Shown here piece by piece: positions 41,014-52,870 of a stretch of 63,468 nt of DNA; the stretch's first letter is position 1; every line of letters begins with the position of its first letter. A program made the translations under genes and the position numbers. The notes beneath the pieces are model-generated. The model was not told where the DNA came from. It was given only the letters and a program-made list of their open reading frames with translations, and searched no databases. This DNA comes from Schmidtea nova (taxonomy: Eukaryota), in the NCBI GenBank assembly GCA_044892505.1, contig CM097883.1, positions 308,822,533-308,886,000 on the forward strand, read 5' to 3'.

Positions 41014-43049
41014 ANNNNNNNNNNNNNNNNNNNNNNNNNNNNNNNNNNNNNNNNNNNNNNNNNNNNNNNNNNNNNNNNNNNNNNNNNNNNNNNNNNNNNN
41101 NNNNNNNNNNNNNNNNNNNNNNNNNNNNNNNNNNNNNNNNNNNNNNNNNNNNNNNNNNNNNNNNNNNNNNNNNNNNNNNNNNNNNNNNNNNNNNNNNNNN
41201 NNNNNNNNNNNNNNNNNNNNNNNNNNNNNNNNNNNNNNNNNNNNNNNNNNNNNNNNNNNNNNNNNNNNNNNNNNNNNNNNNNNNNNNNNNNNNNNNNNNN
41301 NNNNNNNNNNNNNNNNNNNNNNNNNNNNNNNNNNNNNNNNNNNNNNNNNNNNNNNNNNNNNNNNNNNNNNNNNNNNNNNNNNNNNNNNNNNNNNNNNNNN
41401 NNNNNNNNNNNNNNNNNNNNNNTAGCTAAATTTTGTATTTTAAATATTTGGAATTATCATTAAAAAATTGTCATTTTCACTTGACAAAATCAACTTAGAA
41501 TTTTGTAATTGCTATCAAAACTTTGTAATTAAACTAGTAGGAAATTTTCCTAAATTCCAAAATATCATTTACTAAGCGCCAAAATAATTTAATATTCAAA
41601 TCAAATCCAATATTAAAATTAGACAGTTTTGTTTTATCAAATTCAAAATTCCTGCAATTAAAAGTTGATCTTCCTGTTCCCGACTCAAGCTATATTTTTC
41701 ATGATAAATACAATTTTCGAGAGATATTTTTATTGTTTTATTTCCTATCTTGTGGTTTCGGCAAGTTGTAAATATAATTAATTCAAAGTTGATTTTTGAT
41801 TATTTTTAGAAATTCAAAGTTTTCCCCGGGATTTTACTATCACTAATTAAGAGAGACGGGAAATCAGAACGTTCTTTTTTTAATAGCTAAGTTAAAATAG
41901 GATCAAAAAATGAATTTTTTTGGGAAATTTAAAAACTTAATATATTTTAATTGGATAGTATTATTGATTCCAAAACATTATAACTGCGACTTTTGGAAGG
42001 CATATTGTAAATTGGATTTATTTAAAAAATACTAACCGGAATTATCATAGAATTATCATGAGAAATCTTTTCAAAGAATAAAGTCTCCAAATTTTTATCT
42101 AAAATATTTTTATGTATATTAATGTTATAAATGTTGGCCTGACTGAAGACAAATTTTTGATATTTTATTTAAATGCGTTTAAATACACAAGCTTTACAAG
42201 AAGTTTATTTAAAATCCACGATAATACATCAAGTAAAACAAAGAAATAAAGACCCATTAAAACTTTTTAAATAAAATCAATAAATGCAAAATTCTGCAAG
42301 CATCTACATAAAATTAAATAGGGTTAATACAGCATCAATAAGTAAAATACGCATTGGAATGTTTACCATCGGAAAATTAAAATCCATCATGACGTCCGAT
42401 TAAAAGAAAAGAAAAACTAATAATTTTCATATCAAAATCCCATAATTGATTTTAAAATTAAAAATAAAGAAATAAAAGAAATATTATCTTTGTTTTAAAT
42501 AAATAATTTAAATAAATAATACACACATGCAGGCAAAAAGTACAAACAGCTTGATTGGTTGGTTTAATTGTTTGAGAATGACTCATCAATAATCTTAAGA
42601 ATCTTTACTAAATATTGTAATTAAATTTTAAGAATATACATGCATGCTACCTCGGATGAGTCAATCCGTGGGTGTATACATAACGTCCGAGCAATTGGTG
42701 CTGATGATCAGTAAAGGGGTAGGAAAAGGAAATGAAAGACGACACATACAAAAACTACTTTCTAATCTGAAGACTGAGAGATATAAATTTGGTGTAGCAA
42801 ACCCCAATTGTAGTGGACAAACGGTCACTCAAAATAGTATAAATACAACACTAAACTCCTCAATTTAACTTCGTTTTCACTAGCCAAATTCACTTATTAA
42901 GCAAAATATAGCCCCAATACTTTGTTAGTAAGTTTCAGGAATATCAAGTATACATTTTATTTTGGTTTAATTAGAAGAATAACATTTTGTCAATGAAGTT
43001 TTTAATTTTTCTTTTAATTTTCTTTGATACACATTTGACTCATAATCCC

Positions 43050-43357
43050 TGAAAGGGTAGAATTCACGTTTAAATTAAAATTGCTAGTAAACATTTAAAT
43101 TGTATTTGTCAGATATCATAAATTTTTATTTAAACATCTTAAATTAATTAATTAAATTAACCTTAAAATATATGTTATTTCTTATTTAAAAATTAGCCAG
43201 CATTTAAATCAACATCAGAATTAAAGAAGAATAGCCTTCAAGTTTTTGTTTATATATTAGGAGAAAAGAGCGTAGTTTTCAAATTTAATAAATTTTGTAG
43301 TTGATTTTATTTATTTAATGAATACCGAAAATGATTTTGATATCGTTGCTGCTAATA
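43050..43357 (+). repeat. 5' LTR of the small Gypsy
   Basis: Matches 47778-48085 with one noticed mismatch (43321 a vs 48049 g); ends are TG...TA. Confidence 0.9.
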
Positions 43358-44397
43358 TGGCGACCACGCCAACAAACCTATTGATTAACAGGATGTTACC
43401 AGAAAGATTCCACAGAGACGATGACTTGGAAGAATTCATCAAAGAATGTAAAACGTTTTTTAATATTACGAAGATATCTGTCAAAATGCAGATGATTCTG
43501 GTTACCACACTGTTGGATAAACCATTATATGACGAATATGAAAACGTAGAAGGAAAAACATTCGAGGAAAAGCTCAGAACAGCATTTTCGAGACCAAAAT
43601 CATTATTTGACGACTTAAAGGAAGCTCTTAATTATGAACAAGGATCCGATTCAGCAGACCGATTCATCGAAAAAGTGGAGAAATTAACCAAAAGGTTATT
43701 AAGACATGAGTGGAACGAAGAAGAAATTTAAAAATGACTGCTTATGAATGGAACTCGAGAGAAAAAAGTTAAAAAAGAAATAGAAATGCAAGAACTAAAG
43801 ACGTCAGAAGAAATTAAAAGCACAATTAGAAAAGTTGAGAAAGTGAATAAAGCTATAAGCCATGTTAACACCATTCGACCTATAGCATATCCGAAACCTG
43901 TCAAAAGCTTTAGAGGTGCCGTTCAAAGACCTGCACAGACAAATGTGATTCCGATGTCAAAACCATTGGAAGTGACTAAAAACTTCGTATGCTGGACATG
44001 CCAGAAACCAGGCCATATAAGCCGGGAATGTACTATAAAGAGGAAGATTCAGTGTTTTGGATGTGGATTATATGGACACGTACGCCGAGAATGTCCAAAC
44101 ATCCAGTGTAGGAGATGTCATCTACGAGGTCTCAAAGAAACTGAATGCTATACAAACCTAGAAAGATTTAAGCCGAAAATGAGCCAACATGGAAGGAACA
44201 ATGAAGCATATCAAAATAAAAGGGACCGATTTCAACAAAACAATCAGTATAATAGAAGAGAGGTAGCAGCAATTGGAAATCAAGATGCAAACTATCAAGT
44301 AAATTATTCAAGTGAAGCCGAAGAGAAATACGAAGAAATGCAATACCCAAACGAGGAAGCTCCATCACAGGAGGCGATGATCGGAGCCATTTATTAG
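43318..44397 (+). pseudogene. gag with two in-frame stops and three zinc knuckles
   Basis: TAA at 43729-43731 and TGA at 43735-43737; CWTCQKPGHISREC, CFGCGLYGHVRREC, CRRCHLRGLKETEC. Confidence 0.9.
43358..43368 (+). promoter_or_regulatory. PBS of the small Gypsy
   Basis: TGGCGACCACG immediately follows the LTR; the tRNA is not firmly identified (possibly Arg). Confidence 0.6.
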
Positions 44398-44399
44398 GT

Positions 44400-47300
44400 A
44401 ATTTTGATTTTGATGAAAATGCTGGTTATAATAATTTAGATAATTTGAATAATGTAAATAATTTGAATAATTTAAATAATTTAAATAATGTAAATAATTT
44501 TAATTTTGTTAGTAAAGATTTATGTAATAATATTGATAATAAAACTAATTTTAATGTTTATAAAAGTGGCAGTACAGATCAGAAAAATGAAAACAGAAAA
44601 ATAACGTGTAGCGATGAAGGAACTGGAGAAAAAGTATATAGATTTCTAAAAAAGACATTTGATATGAATGAAGATAAGATTATGTGGATTAATGAAATTT
44701 CCGATAGTATAAAGAATAAAGTGGAACAAAATATATTTACAAAAGACGAATGGAGAAGACCTCGTATGAATTATCATAAAATGCAAGGTAGACCAAGTAT
44801 AACACTTGAAATTCAGGGCCGCGGAATTGAGTGTCTGTTAGATACAGGAGCACGAATTAATGTTATGTCTAAAGCGGTACTGGATAAACTGGACAAGGTC
44901 GAGATAATAAAAACAGATGAAATGCTAAGGTGTGCAAATGACAGTAAATTAGAGACTATCGGTAAAATTCAAATTGATGTAAAGATAGGGAAACTAACAA
45001 AAATAGTGACCTTTACTGTAGTCCAAAAAATTGTCCCAGATGTTATTGGAGGTGTAGAATTACAGAAACAATTCGGTATTGAATTAAGATGGATTCAAGA
45101 AGATGAAATAATATTTAACGAACGTATATGTGAAATTGATGCTAAATTTGGGAGGAATATTACAAATGAAGAAAGATTCCAATATGCAATAGAGAAGTTA
45201 TAAGTAAAAGAAGATAAATTTCTTTTAGAAATTATCAAGAGAAATAAATGTGTTTTCATGGCTGACAAGTGGGATATTGGATGCACTGATTTAATTGAGC
45301 ATAAAATTGAAACAACTGGTGGACTAATAATGATAAAGCCAAGAAGGCAGCCTATAAACTTGGAAGAGAAAATAAACATGGCCATTAAAAATCTGGAGGA
45401 TAATAATATTATAAGGAAGTGTAATTCACCTTGGAACACCCCGTTAGTGTGCGTTTGGAAAAAAGAAAAGAAGGATATCAGACTTTGTTTGGACTTTAGA
45501 CAACTTAACAAAATTACTGAAAGGCAAGCGTTCCCGATGCCAAATGTCGACGAGATCTTAGATGCTTTGCACGGAACTAGATATTTTAGTTCCATTGACC
45601 TTGGAAACGCATACTATCAGGTAAAATTGGATAGAGAATCACAGGAGAAAACAGCTTTTTCAACGAAAGAGGGACAATTCTGTTTTAATCGTATGCCATT
45701 TGGCATCGCAGCAACACCAGGCACTTTTCAAGAGCTCATGGCGAAGATATTAAAGGATTTATGGAAAGATGGAGTAATGGTTTATTTGGACGATATATTA
45801 ATTTTTACGAATACAATGGAAGAACACTATAAACTGCTGGAAAGAGTATTGCAGAAAATTGCGGATGCTAAACTAAGAATTAACCCAGAAAAATTTCAAA
45901 TACTGAAAAGTGAAGTGAAATTCTTAGGCCATATTATAAATAAAGGCGGCATTCAAACTGATCAAAGCAAAATTGAAGCTATTCAATCATTCCAAAGGCC
46001 AAAATGTGTGAAAAATTTAAGAAGTTTCTTGGGCATCTGCAACTATTATCGAAGGTTTATTAAAGACTACGCAAAAAAGTCAAGAGCTTTAGAGAGTATA
46101 TGTGGTAACAATAGCGACAAAATAATGTGGAATGAAAATTGTGAGCAGGCTTTCGAGAATATGAAGTTGGCATTGATAACCGCACCGATCTTGGTATTTC
46201 CGGATTTTAAGAAAGAATTCATATTGGATACGGACGCAAGTTTTGATACGATTGGCGCAGTCTTATCACAGAAGGATGACATGGGATATGAGCAAGTTAT
46301 CGCATATGGATCACATGCGATGAATGACCACGAAAGGGTTATTGTATTACAAGAAAAGAACTTCTGGCTATATACTATTTTTGTCGACATTTCAACCACT
46401 ATTTATATGGAAAAAGATTCACACTACGTACAGATCATAAGGCGATAACGTTTATGCTAACAACAAAGAAGCCAATTACAGCTCAATTCCAGACCTGGAT
46501 AAACTATTTAAGCAGCCTTGATATAAAAATGGAATTTAGAAAAGGTACATTACATGCTAACGCAGACATGTTATCGAGAAAAACGTGTGGCACATGTGTA
46601 CAATGCTTTATGGATCACGATAATCCTAAAATGGGAAGAATGAAAACCAGATTGTTAAGTATAATGACTGAAGGGAAAGGAGAAGAATGGCAAAGAAATA
46701 GTGAAGAAATAGAGGACACTAAAAATAAAATAAGAACTCAACCAAGTAAAAGGTTTATAATAGAAGATAACATTATTTACACCAAAGAAAAAGAATATGG
46801 ATACCAGAAAGTAAAAGAAGAGAAATGATTAAGAAAACACATTTATTATTATGTCATGCCGGAGTTGATAAAGTTATCAAATACATACAAAACAATTTTG
46901 ATATGAGAGATTTAATAAATGAGGTAAAAACAGCAATATCAAACTGCGAATCGTGCCAAAAAGTTAAAGTTGTAACTACAAAGATGAAAGAGAAATCAAA
47001 AGTACTTGAAGCATCAGAACCTTTCGAGAAAATATATATGGACATTTGTGGCCCAATGAAAGAAACATTTAACAGGAAAAGATACACTTGCGCAATAATC
47101 GACCATTACAGTAAATACAATTCGCTAACAGCAATAAATAAACAGGATGGAGAGACAATTGGGAAGATATTGTTAAACAATTGGATTCTAAAATTTGGGG
47201 CACCCAAGGAACTACATGTAGATTGCAGGAAAACATTCGAAGCGAATAGCATAAAGAATATAAGCAAGAAAGCAGGGATCGAAATAGTGTATTCGAGTCC

Positions 47301-47777
47301 ATATCATCATAATACGAATGGTATAATCGAAAGACAATTCCGGACAATAAGAGATTTTATTAATGCATCGCTGAAAGACGGAAATACAAAAGACTGGGCA
47401 GATCTTATTCCAGATATATAATATACACTCAACGCGACAATCCAAAAAACAACGGGAGTAAGTCCAGCTGAAATTGTTTTTTTGGTAGGAGAATTGATAG
47501 ATCGAAATGGTATAGTGATAGTAGAATCAACAGAAAAGAAATAGTATTGAAAATTGAAAGTAAAAGACTAAATGACGAAACAACAACTGCAAGGAAGTTT
47601 GAAGTGGGAGACAAAGTGTTAATCAAGCGAGAAATACGAAACAAGGATCAAGATAGGTATGAAGGACCATACACGGTAGCAAAACGAATACACGATCGTA
47701 GTTATATGCTGAGAGATAAATGTGGAAAGTCTTTAATCAGGAATATTGAAAAGATTAAAGAATTTAAAGAAAGGGGA
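44400..47777 (+). pseudogene. pol (PR-RT-RH-IN), disrupted
   Basis: LLDTGA, YLDD, TDASFD, MDICGP...ERQFR; stops at 45201 and 47419; frame changes near 46335 and 46800. Confidence 0.92.
47766..47777 (+). promoter_or_regulatory. Polypurine tract of the small Gypsy
   Basis: aaagaaagggga abuts the 3' LTR. Confidence 0.85.
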
Positions 47778-48085
47778 TGAAAGGGTAGAATTCACGTTTA
47801 AATTAAAATTGCTAGTAAACATTTAAATTGTATTTGTCAGATATCATAAATTTTTATTTAAACATCTTAAATTAATTAATTAAATTAACCTTAAAATATA
47901 TGTTATTTCTTATTTAAAAATTAGCCAGCATTTAAATCAACATCAGAATTAAAGAAGAATAGCCTTCAAGTTTTTGTTTATATATTAGGAGAAAAGAGCG
48001 TAGTTTTCAAATTTAATAAATTTTGTAGTTGATTTTATTTATTTAATGGATACCGAAAATGATTTTGATATCGTTGCTGCTAATA
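47778..48085 (+). repeat. 3' LTR of the small Gypsy
   Basis: Direct repeat of 43050-43357 at offset 4728. Confidence 0.9.
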
Positions 48086-49689
48086 ATCCCCATTCACGTA
48101 AAATGACTTTCAAAAATATGAATAGGAATTGAAAGGGATGGAGTTCGAAAGAGCATCTGAACTTTCTTTCTTGAGTTCATTCTGCTGTGGATCTTGGTTC
48201 TGGAAATGCACCATCCACCGTTCTTCGGAAAAGTCTTGAAGATTAAATGAGTTGCATTTCAAATTGCGAGGAATGGGATAAAACACAGTAACAATTATAA
48301 ATTCTGGGATCTTTTCAGGGTGTGGAACCAAGATAAATTATAAAGAATTTTACATTGGATTCTTGCTAGAAAGTATAGGCAGACTCATACGCAAATTTTC
48401 CGAAGGCCAAAATTAATATTGCATATTCTAAAACAAAACCTGAAAATAAAGGCGGATTTCTGCCAAAATTTTTCAAATCAACAAAAAGGACTAAGAAAAT
48501 TTTGGAACGTAATTTGAAAATAAAGGCATAACACTACTCAAAGTTTTCGGAAGATTCGTGGGTGTAGAAGTAAATGTGAGTGTAAACGCTGGATTGCAAT
48601 TCGGTTAAAGCGAGAAAGGAATAAGCACGGAAATAGAACACTGCTGAAGATTAAATTGGAATCGTACATCAATGAATGATTAATCCCTGTTAAAGTAAGT
48701 GTAAACACAAAGGTGCCTTCTATTGGCACAGGTATTTTATTGATAAGTATGGATACAAATTTCTATAAGTGAGCTTAGTGTTGAAGAAGCCTATCAATCA
48801 CACACATACAATACCAATATGGACGTGTCTAGTTACGCGTTCACCGATATAATTTGTGGGTTAATGATGAAGGAGTTGAGGGAATTCAATTTGATGACTG
48901 CTAAAAACATTTGTTACCGTAGAAGGGTTGGATTTATACAGACTAACTAATTTTACCAACAATAATTAATCAACTAATACAAGTAAATTTTTTTAATTTT
49001 AAATTTATTAATAAGTGAAATTCTATTTGTATTACTTAAACATGCGTCTATCTCTGAGAGAAACCTCAAAAGAATAAAGGCGTTTTCTATCATAAACCCC
49101 GCTTTGCCTCCTAGGCATGTGAGTGAAACGCAGCTCAGGCATATAATTTAAATCTGGTGTATTGTCATCCTTTACAAACATTATTCTTTTATTTACTTAA
49201 TAAATTGGTAAAATATTAAAATATATCAATCCTATAAATATTGAAAAAATATAAAAAATAAAATTGATAAAAGTCGTAGTTTTAATCTGTAATGATTAAA
49301 TATTTGTTTTAAATAGCAAAAAGTTAAAAGTCTTTTTCAACTTTATCGTCTTTTTTCGGGAATGTAAAATTGTCGACTATTTTTTAATTTTTTAACAATT
49401 GGGTTAATTCATATTAAACTGCAGCTTACAAATTGTAAGTAAAGAAATATTAGTAAATACCATATTTTCACAAATATCAACTGAGAGCGAGTATAATGAT
49501 GAATAACAGAAATAAATTTTGTATTAAAGTTGAATCAATCATGTTACATATATTGCTAGGATTGGTTGATTCTTACTCGAGAACACGAAGAGTCAGATTG
49601 AAATTTTATTATTAATATTTGAAACACAACAACTATTTATTTTTTGTGTTGGGTGATATGATTGTGTCCAAATTTAATTATGAAATATT

Positions 49690-50640
49690 GTTTTAACTAA
49701 ATTTTACAAAACACACTAATACAAAAATCAATTTCTTAACAAAATTAAATAAAATTATAAAATTAAGAATAGAAATATTTATAATAATAATAAAAAATAA
49801 GAATATTATTAATAATAACATTATTAAAATTAAAAACAAACGCCAATCCAAATATATATTTTGCACAATATATTTCGAGAACTTAATTCTAACCAATGTT
49901 ACATTCAAATATAAATCAAATAAATCGACTTTTTCAAACAAATTAGTATTAATTTTTAAAATAAAATATATATTTAAAATCCTTTATTATAGTCAAAAAA
50001 TTTAAATCGATTAAAATTTTTTAATTTAAATAAATTAATCTTAAAAATATAATATTCTTTATTTTTATACAAAAAAATATATTTTTTTTAAGAATATATT
50101 ATAAATATTTTCATATTTATAAACAACAGAATGATTGAAAACGAAATCCATAATCCCCAATTGAAAATACTCTAAAACTCGAGTACAGAAAAGACGATCA
50201 GTCTTCTCCAAAGTATGTGGCATTACGCCCATGACATTTGAAAAATTAAACGAGTATAGAACACAAATCAAAAGAAGAAAATAAACATCATCAACAACCA
50301 CATCAGTTAATTTACTTAAACCGCAAAAAATGAGGCAAAAACATGGACTCAAAACTCTCACTATAATATAGGATTTAAAATATATATCTCATTTTAAAAA
50401 TTAATACTAATTTGTTTGAAAAAATCAATTTATTTGATTTATATTTGAATGTAAGATTGGTTAGCACCTGATGAAGAGAATTAAGTTCTCGAAATGTATT
50501 GTGCAAAATATGTATTTGGATTGGCGTTTGTTTTTAATTATTTTAGTGCCATGCTTGTTGTGTTATGTATTATTAAAATTAAAAATTAAATTAATAATAT
50601 TTAACACAAATAAAAGATTTTACCGCAGAAAAAAATACTA
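49690..50640. repeat. Inverted pair of the hammerhead-bearing repeat
   Basis: 49690-49990 is the approximate reverse complement of 50360-50640; both match 40630-41013. Confidence 0.7.
50464..50504 (+). ncRNA. Minimal hammerhead motif (variant of 40927)
   Basis: GCAC-CTGATGA-A-GAGAA(ttaag)TTCTC-GAA-ATGTAT-T-GTGC. Confidence 0.55.
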
Positions 50641-51559
50641 CTATAAAATTTATCTCAATAAATAGACTGACAAAATTTTTAATTCAAAACTTTATTAAAA
50701 TCCAAAAGAAAGTCTTGCACTATTAATTTTCCAAATTGGTGACATATCCTCATTTTGATCAACTTTATATCCCTGAATTGTGATATCAATATACCAATTT
50801 TCCATATCTTTGAATTTGATTTCTTCAATTGCATCATGGAATCTAATATGACTAACATTAAAGAACATGTTTTCATTACAAAATTCAGTTTAACTGAATC
50901 TGAAAACTCGTATTTGATATCATTTACCAAAACCTACATTTTAAGATCGTGATGCAATTTAACTAGTTTCACATTATCTTTCTTTTACTTAACTGACTTC
51001 ACCGATTCATTATTACTAAATAATTTTGATCCTTTCATTCTAAAACGATATTAATTAAAAGAAAACGTTTTATATTTATAATTCAAGTATATAAGCAAAC
51101 AAAATTCGATTACAATTTAAAAACTTTGAAAACCTTAAACAAATAAAAAATTTAAACTAAAAGCCTTTAAATTTTATAAAGATTAATTAACCAAAATATA
51201 AGAAAAAAAGCCAAAATATGACAATAAAATTTTATTTATCAATTAAATGATCATTATTCCATCTTTCCAGTGCATCAAAATGCTCCTTCTTTTCTTTTAA
51301 AACCTTCCAGTTTGGGCATTATTTATAATGAATACAAAAACTTGGCTCTAGTTTGATGTTAGTTCTATCTAAATTTATTTTGTGTTCTTCGAGTATCTGT
51401 TTAATATCAAGTCCATTTATTAACAATATCTTAAATTCTATCAATTTGCAACGTTGAATGTTAATTTTTTGTTTATAGTGAATGATACAGATAAGTGGAT
51501 CCTGTCGGTATGGGTTCTCCATTAGCTCTAACGATTGCTTCCATTTGTATGTTTAGTTT

Positions 51560-52870
51560 GGAAAGGAAAATCTCTTCATACAATTTTTTAAACCAACTGT
51601 GTACAAACGTTATGTGCATACGAACATTAAATTCACTTGCGTAGAAGAGAAAATGTCATCGATTGCATTTTTAGACTTACTCAATCAACGCAATACGAAA
51701 CATTAAAAGACTGAAATTTATAGAAAATCGACTGATATTGGTTTGTATACTATGTGTGAGAGTTTTTGTGAATTTAAATATAAGAGGAATGTGGTGAGAG
51801 GATCGATGTTTCGTACTTGGTCATTATCTTCTACGTTTGTTAATTCACTAAAAGTATTTAGGCTTTGGTTGAGTTATTATTTAAAAATGGCTATTCTTAA
51901 TCTTTTTTGAGAAAATGACAAAAGCAACTGCGGATAAGTTAATGTTGAATGCTAATGATCATGATATGGATGTGTCTGGATCTACGGTGCCTATTGATTC
52001 TAATGAAAATACTTTGTTAATTTCGGAAAGTGACAAAAATCGATCTAATCGCACTAAGCTGAAATATGTGTTAGTATTGCCTTATCCTGAGGACTTCAGA
52101 AAATAAATGCATAAGATCTGAAACATGTAGACAAAGATCAATTTAGGATTCTTTCCGCGTATTACAATGTTAGTAGTATGTTCACTAATAAATGTCCAAC
52201 ACCAGTTGGTTTGTGTTCTGAGCTCGTGTATCAATTTTCATGTAATAGGTGTAATGCCACATACATTCAAGAGACTGTCCATCATCTCTGCACCCGAGTT
52301 CTTGAGCATTGCTGACTAAAGGGGCTGACTAATATTAGTGATCATTTTAGGAAATGTGTCAGTAAAAAGTAGATATCTCTTATTTTAAAATAATTGCGAA
52401 AGGTTTCAGTAATTATTGGGAACGACTAACTTGTGAGGCATTGTTGATTAGATATATAAATATAAAGATTAATGTACAAGTTGCCCGTTCTATAGATATT
52501 ATGAATGTGTTTAAGAAACTTGGCATTGCATGTTGTGAATTGCGTTTTTGGTTTAATTTTGTTTGACTTCAGAATATGTTTTATTTTTTTTAAATAGTGT
52601 TTTTAAAATTAATTTGTTTTCAATTTTGATTAAAATTAATTTAAATTTTTGTGTTTTTATGGTGTTTTAAGAAAAGATTTATGTTTTTATATATTTTTTT
52701 AAAAATTAAAATATTTATGTGTAGAAATTTATTTAAAAAATTGAAATTTAATACAATTTTAGGATGATTATTATTGATGTTTTTTAATATTTAGTATTTT
52801 CTATTTATTATTGATTCATGATGCTTGTCTGAAGATGACTGTTATTCAGTCGAAATTAATCGCATTTATT
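51560..52870 (+). mobile_element. Degenerate Penelope-like element (RT thumb, GIY-YIG, 3' end)
   Basis: HTNIKFTCVEEKMSSIAFLDLL and KTEIYRKSTDIGLY; a GIY-YIG-like segment at 52200-52330; a hammerhead core at 52829. Confidence 0.8.
52821..52865 (+). ncRNA. Minimal hammerhead motif
   Basis: CTGAAGA-T-GACTG(ttatt)CAGTC-GAA-ATTAAT-C-GCAT, with ATGC upstream as a bulged stem I. Confidence 0.55.

Larger units (their letters stand above)
43050..48085 (+). mobile_element. 5.0 kb defective Ty3/gypsy LTR retrotransposon
   Basis: 308-bp LTRs, 5-bp TSD ATCCC (43045-43049 and 48086-48090), PBS and PPT, and gag-PR-RT-RH-IN remnants. Confidence 0.95.

Noticed and set aside
44430-44500. Asn-rich NNLNNL stretch at the small Gypsy pol start as a prion-like domain
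   Set aside because: It is a 9-bp tandem expansion (aataattta) in a pseudogenised element.
48100-48340. LINE-like fragments (also about 51250-51530, 57570-57760 and 59250-59900)
   Set aside because: Only one or two weak motifs each (e.g. WMVHF, ATFIDI, PDMAP); too degraded to call.
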